Below, in pieces: positions 56,069 through 64,000 of a DNA stretch of 64,000 bases. The stretch is from an uncultured Verrucomicrobiae bacterium (GTDB lineage Bacteria; Verrucomicrobiota; Verrucomicrobiia; Limisphaerales; JAFGQR01): NCBI GenBank assembly GCA_963788655.1, contig CAWBHS010000043.1, forward strand, positions 1-64,000. The letters run 5' to 3'. The translations under genes and the position numbers were made by a program. The stretch's first letter is position 1, and each line of letters begins with the position of its first letter. The notes below the pieces were generated by a model, which was not told the origin of the DNA, made no database searches, and saw nothing but the letters and a program-made list of their open reading frames with translations.

Positions 56069-57097
56069 CTACCGTTTATCCGCCCTCTCCGTGACCGACA
56101 TTTTTTCCCCGTCGGCGGGCCCCTTTAGCCGCTCTATGAGATAATCCGCAACCGTCGGGTGCCGGACGTCCCGCGCTCCCGGATACACCAATTCATACTT
56201 CAACCCGGCTTTGCGAAGCGCGCCGCTGAGCCCCACGCCGAAATTGGCACTGTGAGTGGGATCTTTCTCCGGCGTCCCGAATGTGGGAGGTCTGCGGTAC
56301 CAAAGATAAACCGGAGGATCGTCCGGACTGACGAGATTGTATGGCGAGTATTCCGCCAGCCATGGGAGGATTTGCTCACGCTTTTCAAAGAATTCTTCGA
56401 ACTGGGTCTGGTTCTTCTCCTTGTTGCCGGTGAAACCAAAGGCGTGCCCTCCGTAAATGGAGTTGGGTATCCACTCTCGCATTTGTTTTGGGTCGAGCGT
56501 CGTCTGCGCGACCCGAACGGCAGCGCACCAGACACGCGTGGATTCCCTGGAAACAGGGTCGGCGCTGGAGGGGTCTGCCATATCATTGTGAAAGGCCAGC
56601 CAAAGGCTGGAGCAGGCTCCGGCGGAACCGCCCGAGGCAGCGATTCTCCTTTTGTCCAAATTCCATGGGCCAGCCATGGACCGCACGAATTGCAAAGCGC
56701 GCGCGGCGTCCTCCAAGGGACATTTCACGGGCGGCTTTACGTTTGCCGCGTCGGTGACGAGGCGGTAGTTGATCGAGGCCACCGAGATGCCAGCCTCCAG
56801 AAATCTTTCGACATCCGTTACAGTGCCTTTGTTACCACCCCTCCAACCTCCGCCATGGATAAAGAAAACCAAGGGGGTGGGGCGATCCGACTTGGCCTTC
56901 CAAAAATCCAACACCTGCCTTGGATGTGGCCCGTAGGCCACATTCGTGAGAGTCTGGGCAACAGGGGGAGCCGTCATCGCGCTCAGCGCACTCGTCACGA
57001 GAACGAAAGGCGCGGAAAGGGCCGCCCCAGCGGCTAATACCCGGGCAAACCGGCGCGGAAGCCGGGAAGTCTCACGAATTAAGCGTTTGATTCGCAT
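56069..57097 (-). CDS. Alpha/beta hydrolase (HSL-like / BD-FAE-like esterase)
   Basis: YGPHPRQVLD, IHGGGW, INYR, GGSAG, DPTH. Confidence 0.88.
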   Translation of the reverse strand: MRIKRLIRETSRLPRRFARVLAAGAALSAPFVLVTSALSAMTAPPVAQTLTNVAYGPHPRQVLDFWKAKSDRPTPLVFFIHGGGWRGGNKGTVTDVERFLEAGISVASINYRLVTDAANVKPPVKCPLEDAARALQFVRSMAGPWNLDKRRIAASGGSAGACSSLWLAFHNDMADPSSADPVSRESTRVWCAAVRVAQTTLDPKQMREWIPNSIYGGHAFGFTGNKEKNQTQFEEFFEKREQILPWLAEYSPYNLVSPDDPPVYLWYRRPPTFGTPEKDPTHSANFGVGLSGALRKAGLKYELVYPGARDVRHPTVADYLIERLKGPADGEKMSVTERADKR

Positions 57098-57249
57098 GTT
57101 GGCATCGTAGATTCCGGCCGCCTGCTGGCAAGGGCAATGACTCATAGCGGAACAAATGTTGTATGGGTGATTTCGGTTGGTTTTCGTCTCCGTGACAAAG
57201 CGACGGCACGGATGCCTTGCGGACATCCGTGCCGTCATATTTCTATGTG

Positions 57250-57279
57250 AAGGGCTCGCATCGCACGGGCGCGAGCCTT
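57250..57279 (-). terminator. Hairpin downstream of the autotransporter-repeat gene
   Basis: GGCTCGC-N12-GCGAGCC stem immediately after the stop; weak U-tract. Confidence 0.45.
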
Positions 57280-57285
57280 GTCTGG

Positions 57286-60200
57286 TTAAGGTTTCCGCAA
57301 GCGGTAAAACACGTTCCCCATCGACTTGTCGATTGCGATGACCAGGTTGGTGGCCGAATCGGAGCCGGGGATGTCAAACCACTGCCCGGCGTCAGCCAGG
57401 CTCACGGCGTTGGATTGCGCCAGCCAACCGCTGTGGGAACCGGGCCAGGTGAGAAGACAATTCCGTTCCCGCCGAATTGATCGTGAAGGATATATTGGTC
57501 GGGGTGGTTGCCATGGTCGAGAGCACCGTGGCTATACCAGTAGCCGGGTCGAAGGACCATGTGGCGCCGCCGCCGGCTGATTGGATTGTCGTGAACGTTC
57601 CGGAATGGGACGCCGCGCTGAACAGTTGGAATGTCTGGCCGTTAGCGAGAGTCCCCGCTGTATTGGTCAGGATCAGCGTTCCATCGTAGTTAGCGGTTGT
57701 GATTCCCTGCACGAGGTCCGCGCCGGACGTATCCGCGTTCACGCTCACCAGGGCCTGCCCCGTTGCCGCGAAGGTCAGGATGTTATTGATTGTCAGCGTG
57801 CCCGCCGGAGCCAGCATGCCCGAGGTCACGTTGACCGGTCCGTTCACCACGCCATTGCCACCGAGCGCCCCGCCCGCCACGGTTACCGCGGCCGAAGCAA
57901 GGGAGCCATCCACCCGCAGCGCACCGTCGTTCACAATGGTGGCTCCGGCATAGGTGTTCGCGCCTTGCAGCGTCAGGATACCCGGGCCATTCTTGGTCAG
58001 GCCTCCCGAGGTATTGGGAGCCGTGCTCACCGCGCCGGGCGTCGCCGCCACCGCCGGCGATCCGCCGACAAAGGTGAAATAGGTGCCCCCCGCAGTGTAA
58101 TTCACACCAGGATTGCACACTGTCACGCTGCCGACCTGGAGCCCACCCGCGCCATCGGAGACCATGTTTGCAATGGCGTTAGCGCCGGTGCCGTCCCCGA
58201 CAATGGAAACATAAGGTGCACCGATGTAGCCTGACCCCCCGTTAGCCACCGCAAGTGCGCTAACGCCCTCACCCGTGGGAGCGAGGAGATCGGCTTCCAC
58301 GAGACAATCCTGTCCGGCAGTGTCAATCACCGCCCCGCCCGCGAATGAGCCGAACGGGCCGTTGACATAGACCGCCGTAAGGGGCGGCAGGAAGCTGCTG
58401 CTAAAGGTCTGACTCGGGGAGGTCAGGGTGCTCAGCGTCGCCGTGAGCGTGCCGCCGTTGAGGTTAAGGTAACTGATGCCCGTGGTTCCCGTGGTTCCCG
58501 CCTTCTTGTTCACGAAGCGGTTGAGCCTCAAATTTCCTCCGTTGATATTCACGATGCCCGAGCCGTTGCCGGTGCCCCCGTTGTAACCATACCCGACGCC
58601 ACCTCCCGTGTTGTCAATCTCACCGCCCAGCAGGTTGAGTTCGCCACGCCCGTCCCCGTTATTATTTACGGAGATCAGCCGGTTTGCGTACGCATGGCTC
58701 AAGAGTCCTCCTGTGACCGTAAGCGAGCCTGTGCCGTCTCTCACGCCTACAAGGAGATAATCTGTCCCGGTTCCGCAGTAAAACTCGCCCCCACCGATGG
58801 TCGCTACTCCCAAGCCGGTATAAGAGCCTGGCACCCAAAGCTGATTAGCACGAACGATTCCGCCGGACATGCGCATCGCGCCGTATCCCGAGTGACCGAT
58901 CTCGAAGTTGCCCGACGCGGTTGCCTGCAGGTTCGTTAGCGTTCCACCCGAGATGTTCACCGCCCCGCTATCGCCAGCCACGTAGCCCGGCTGGAACGTA
59001 TTCGCAAGGAGAACCTCTGCGCCGGGGAGAATATTGATAACGCCTTTTCCGGAGTTCGCTCCCGCTTTCCATGCTCCGGTGCCGGTGTTGACCGAGCCGC
59101 TGATGGACAGAGACCCGTTGTCGATCGAGACGGCGCCCGCGCTGTTGGACAGCGAGCCGGAAATCGTCACTGAGCCTCCGTTCACCAAGGTTGCCCCTTC
59201 ATAGAAGCTCGCGTTGGTCATGGTGAGCGAGCCGGTGCCGGTTTTGGTGAGCCCTGTCGCGCCAGATAAGGAGCCCGTGCCGCCAAAAGTGTAGTTCTTC
59301 CCATTATTATCCACCGTAAGCGAGCCGGGGGCCAGATCTCCGACCAGACTGACGATACTGGCGCCGGGGGCCGAATCATCAAATGTCACGTCCGCTCCCT
59401 GGATGAAAACCTTGGGAGTCCCATTATTCACCCAGTTGGCCGTGATCAGCTCGTCCCATATTCCCACGCCGGCCGTGCTGATTGTTCCCCGCCACTTCAG
59501 CGCACCGGATATGAGGGTGGCATTAAAATCGAAGGAGGAGTTCGCGGCATTATGTACGATGTAGCCCGACACACCGTCCGGAGCACTCAAGATGCTGTTG
59601 GTGATTAAAGCCGGGTCCCCCACGAGAGTCGTGTACTGATCAAGGGAAACTGGCCCAGAACAAAATCCGCGCCGGAAACCGCTATGGCGGTCGCCCCGTT
59701 CAGATTCAGAGTTCCCACCGTAACGACTTCCGAACTCGTGTTGCCAGCCGGCAGGACAAACGCAAGCTCCCCGCCCGCCGCTGTGGTGATGCTTCCCAAA
59801 GGCATGGAGGGTGTCACCGGGTCCCGTAAGACGCCGAAGCTGCCGCCGTCGTTCACGATCACGTTGCCGCCTCCGGCGTGGACCGTGGAGAGCACAAGAC
59901 GGCCGCCGTTGACGACCGTATCTCCTGTGTAGGTGTTCGTGCCCATCAGGGTCAATGTGCCCAAGCCACTCTTGGTCAGACCACCGGAGGTGTTCGGGGC
60001 CGTGACAACCGGAGCCGTGGAGTCGGGCACTGCTGGAGATGGGGCTCCTCCGCCAATCAGGCTGAAACTTGTTCCGATTGCAGTGTAATCCACTCCTGGG
60101 TTGCACACTGTGATGCTGCCGACCTTGAATGTGCCTTTGCCCGTTCCGTCATCCACCATGTTGGCAATAGCCGTTGCGCCCTTGCCGTCGCCGCTGACGG

Positions 60201-61573
60201 ACACGTAGGGCGCACCGATGTAGCCAGAACCGCCGTCGGCGATTTTCAGTTCACGAATGCCCTCGCCGGTCGGCGCGAGGAACGGCGATTCCGCCAAGCA
60301 ATCCTGGCCGGCACTGTCGATGATGGCCCCGCCGGGGAATTCTCCAAACGCGCCGTTGATGTAAATGTTCACGTAAGCAGGAATGAAGTTGCTGCTGAAG
60401 TCCAGCGACGAGGTCAATGTGCTTGCGGAGGCGACGAGCGTGCCGCCATTGAAGTTTACGTAAGCAACGCTGTTGTAGTCCTGCGGAGTTCCGTTCTGAC
60501 TCGCACTGATGAACCGGTTCAAAAGCAGGTTGCCACCGTTGATGTTCACGATACCAGACCCGGTGCCGACGGTCGCGAGTCCCGTGTTCAAACCGAAGCT
60601 GATAGCACTACCGGAGTTATCCAGCGTGCCGCCAAGCATATTGATCTCGCCGCGACCGAGAGAGTTGTTGTCAAGCGAGATGACCCTGGTTTCGCTGGAA
60701 TGGCTCACCAAGCCGGATTTCACGGTCAAAACGCCGGTGCCCGTGCTGTAGCCGAGCACCATGTAGTCCCCGCCGTTGGCATATAAGGAACCGCCATCGA
60801 TTAGGGCTGTGCCATAGCCGCCCGTATAGCCGATGTAAACCCGGTTTGCCTGGACCGTGCCGGCAGTCAAATCCACAGAGCCGTTCCCGTAGCGACCGAC
60901 AAGAAAGTTATAAACGCTGGCTCGCCTGCGAGTTCGTGACGGAGCCGCCCTTAACGTAAAGCGCGCCGTTGTGACCGGCGTTCTGTCCCATGATGAAGTT
61001 ACCTGCGTTGTTGATGGCGGCGCCCTCGGGAAGGACCAGCATGCCGCCATTCACATAAGTGTAACCGTCATAGGTGTTGCGGGCGGTTAGAGTCGTTTTG
61101 CCGGAGCCGACGATGTGCAGGCCGCCGCTTCCGGAGATCACGCCTCCGAGCGTCAGATTTCCGTCCATGGTTGCCACATAGCGGGTTGATGTGACGGAAA
61201 GGGGCAGGTCCAGGGTTTGCAAGATGCCGCTGTTATTGGTGATACCGCTGGCCAAAACAATGCTGTTTCCCAGCAGCGTGAATGCTCCCGCTCCCGGATT
61301 GAAGGTGATGTCGCGAAACGCGCTGGAGGCCGGGAAGTCATTCTCTGGGGTCAGCCGGGTGGTTCCCTGGAACTCCAGGCTGTTCGTCGTGGCTGGTACC
61401 GGAAGATTGCCGCCCCAGTTGTCCGCGTTGTTCCAATAGTTGTCGGCTCCTCCGCCATTCCAAATGTAGGGGGAGTCCGCGTGGGCCGCGAGTGCGGCAC
61501 CGAGTGAGAGGATGCACAGCAGGACCTGCATGCCGCGGGTCTGCGGTCGGGTTACGATGAGTTTTTTTTGCAT
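57286..61573 (-). CDS. Large secreted protein with autotransporter-associated beta-strand repeats, no beta-barrel, C-terminal FYRL domain (indels near 60920, 59635, 57455)
   Basis: Signal peptide; WNGGGADNYW; repeats GLTKSGLGTLTLMGTNTYTGDTVVNGG, GLTKTGTGSLTM, GLTKNGPGILTLQGANTY; ends NVFYRLRKP. Confidence 0.85.
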
Positions 61574-61625
61574 AAGACGTGGATTTGATTTTTGAGGGGC
61601 CGGTGAAAAGAACTTAACTTAGCTA

Positions 61626-62440
61626 TTACTGCTGCGGGGGTTTTCGGTTGCCGTCAGTCATGGTGTTGAGCACGTCGAGCCACCGGGAGCGCTTTACGAA
61701 TTCACTGTGGCCGTCGCAGAAGGTGACCGTAAATCCATCCACACCGTGATTGTCTCCGGGGTCAGGATACTGCGCGTCCGGGGTTGCCGGGCTTGTTGGC
61801 ATTGCCGTCATCACCATCAACCAAGAGGAAAATTTTGGAAGGGCCTGGGACGGTGCCCGGGGCGGCGCCGGTGTAATTTTTAAGGGTAAAAGTATTCACG
61901 GTCCGTTCCGTTTTCTTGAGGTGGCTCCGGGAGGGGAAAGTTGCCAAAGCACTCGTAACTGAGCCCGTTCTTGGTCTTGTCCTTGGACATGAATCCGAGG
62001 TCGATTACCACGGTTTCACTTGGGTTTGTCGGTTTAGCAATGGTATCCGGGCGAATGTAGTTTTGCGTGCTTGGACAGACGTAGCTGCCAAAGCTCTTCA
62101 CATAGGCCGGGTAGAGCCAATTCTGGTCGTCATCGGCTGAAGAGCGGTCGGAGAGGTAATTGGCAGCTTTCGTGTCTTTTACGAATTTGGGGTACCAACT
62201 GGCACCGCTCAGGTTTCCATCATTGTCTCCGGCATACAGCATGCTGCCGAGTCCCAGTTGGCGTAGGTTGTTAAGGCATCCTATCTTCTTCGCCCGGTCC
62301 TTGGCTTTCGCGAGCGCAGGGAGCAGCAGGGCTGCCAGTATTGCAATGATCGCGATGACGACAAGCAGTTCGATGAGAGTGAACCCTGGTGCAACCTTTG
62401 AGCAACAGCCATGGGAAAACCGTTTGTTAATCCTGATCAT
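61626..62440 (-). CDS. Prepilin-type N-methylation / H-X9-DG domain protein, frameshifted
   Basis: [52 protein letters not shown]. Confidence 0.88.
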
Positions 62441-62980
62441 AAGCAACTTTCCATTGTAGGTCCTTCACGCCAACATCGGGAACATCGGGAATCCAAATCC
62501 GTTCCGGGTTTCCGACTCGCCTGCATTTGTCATATAGTAGCAATGGCCCTTCGGGATTACTATGCAAACTGATAAGAAATTGCTTTTTGCGCGCCCACGT
62601 GTACCTCAGCGCTGCGCGGGTGAAGGTGCGCACGCTCTTGATGTAACCCTGGCCGCCGAACCCATACAGCCAGTTCATGTCGTCATCGGCCTGCTGGTCA
62701 ACCGGCGTGGTCTTGAGCGTGCCCGTCAGACGCCCCCGCGAGTCGTCCTCCGCATACATCTGGCTGCCCAGCCCCAACTGGCGGGTGTTGTTCAAACAAC
62801 TGATCCGCCGGGCTTTGTCCTGGGCGCGGCTCAGAGCCGGAAGCAGCAGGGCCGCCAGGATGGCGATGATGGCAATCACGACCAGCAGTTCAATCAGCGT
62901 GAACCCCCGGCTTGCCGTTCGTTGCAAGTCAGTAGCTTCCCGTGAGGATCGTTTCCTCGAATTGGAGACGGCTGGCTCAT
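62427..62980 (-). pseudogene. Truncated/chimeric paralog of the prepilin gene at 51584-52399
   Basis: Near-identical N-terminus up to GYIKSVRTF (about 62625), then an unrelated tail with no H-X9-DG. Confidence 0.8.
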
Positions 62981-63023
62981 ATATAATACCTTCGAACCGT
63001 AATCACACCGGGCCAAGCCGGAT

Positions 63024-63041
63024 ATCCTCATTAATGAGGAT
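63024..63041. promoter_or_regulatory. Perfect 18-bp palindrome ATCCTCATTAATGAGGAT
   Basis: Between the response regulator and the prepilin gene, 44 bp upstream of the ATG. Confidence 0.7.
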
Positions 63042-63080
63042 GCTCCCCGGCCGGCCTCCGGCCTGCCCTCACCCGGGTTT

Positions 63081-63738
63081 CTACTCATCGAGCCCCACCC
63101 CCGCCGATTGAGGCAACTGCACGAAGCGGGTCGCCGCTTCCACCCGGGAGCGCACATGCAGCTTGTCGAAGATATGGGCCACATGACTGCGCACGGTGGT
63201 GAAGCTGATCTGCAAACGGTCGGCGATCTCTTTGTCGAGGTATCCCTGGGCGAGCAGTTCGAGCACTTCGTATTCCCGGCGGCTCAGGTTGCAGTCGGCG
63301 TGCGGCTTGGCCACCGGTCGGCAGAACGACTCGATGACCCGGCGCGCGATTTCTCCGGTCATCGGGGCGCCTCCCTGCGTGACCTCGTGGATCGCGGCCA
63401 CCAGTTCCACCGGCGTGGTGCGCTTGAGCAGATAGCCACTGGCTCCCGCCTGGAGTGCTTGAAACAAGCGATCGTTGTCCGAATGGACCGTCACCATCAG
63501 AATGCGGGTGCGGGGCAGGAGCGGTTTCAAGCAGGCAACACACTCGATCCCGGACATTCCCGGCAAGCTGATGTCCATCAGCACGACATCCGGCTTCAGT
63601 CCCGGCATCCGTTGCAGCGCTTCCTCTCCCGGTACGGAATGTCCCCACGCACTCCAAACCCGGCTGCGCCCCCAACATCCGGATCCAATTCCTGGAAATA
63701 GGGGCGCTGTCTTCGACGATTCCGATTCTGGTATTCAT
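63081..63738 (-). CDS. NarL/LuxR-family response regulator
   Basis: IGIVEDS, LMDISLPGMSG, AGASGYLLK, LSRREYEVLELLAQGYLDKEIA, KLHVRSR; indel near 63630. Confidence 0.9.
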
Positions 63739-63786
63739 CCGATGCGAACTGTTCCGAATCATGGATTACTTCCCCTGCTTTCAGCT

Positions 63787-63804
63787 ATCCTCATTATTGA
63801 GGAG
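63787..63804. promoter_or_regulatory. Operator-like palindrome, copy 3 (ATCCTCATTATTGAGGAG)
   Basis: About 49 bp upstream of the response regulator ATG, overlapping the kinase stop codon. Confidence 0.6.
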
Positions 63805-64000
63805 ACTCGGCGGGACTGGGAACCGCGCCTCCCACTGCAAGGGTAAACACAACTTGTGTTCCCCCGCCGGGCCGCGGCAAAAGCTCCGCCTTTCCGTTCG
63901 AGCGCCCGCAGACGTTCCTGCATGTTCCTGAGGCCCTCGCCCCGGGCCACCCTCTCCGCGTCAAAGCCGGCGCCATTATCTTCGACACGACACCTTCAAT
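63794..64000 (-). CDS. Histidine kinase C-terminal HATPase, partial
   Basis: EDNGAGFD...GEGLRNMQERL...PGGGTQV. Confidence 0.8.
   Translation of the reverse strand: MEGVVSKIMAPALTRRGWPGARASGTCRNVCGRSNGKAELLPRPGGGTQVVFTLAVGGAVPSPAESPQ

Overview
GC-rich bacterial DNA, most consistent with Verrucomicrobiota/PVC (long GreA, prepilin-like H-X9-DG proteins, PQQ-like propeller, autotransporter-repeat proteins; inferred from gene families only). Bases 1-39 resemble a miscalled nanopore adapter and most genes carry scattered single-base indels, so this is probably a raw or unpolished long read. Split ORFs were joined by eye and many ends are approximate. Left part: the tail of an ssnA-ygeY-PLP enzyme cluster; a protease/pseudoprotease pair; a 16-kb minus-strand operon (Cache sensor kinase, REC-kinase, REC, hdrC, hdrB, etfB, etfA, membrane HdrF-like, HdrD-like, hdrA, mvhD, mvhG, mvhA, maturation protease); rsmB/greA; and a secretin behind a sigma54-type promoter, followed by a large NHL/cohesin/dockerin-like secreted protein. 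Middle: class V aminotransferase, mscS, a complete group II intron inserted in the last base pair of a REP-like hairpin, and CheB/CheR-PAS kinase-NarL. A tRNA 3' fragment at 43057-43089 may mark an island edge. To its right lies a rearranged, partly duplicated carbohydrate locus: truncated GH2, sulfatase, two near-identical CE15 esterases, SGNH, half an IS3, three prepilin-like H-X9-DG genes, and two secreted proteins. The best candidate for an undescribed system is a repeated module of NarL-type regulator, an ATCCTCATTAATGAGGAT-type palindrome, pseudopilin(s), a large secreted protein ending in a shared W...W...FYR[LV] domain, and esterases.
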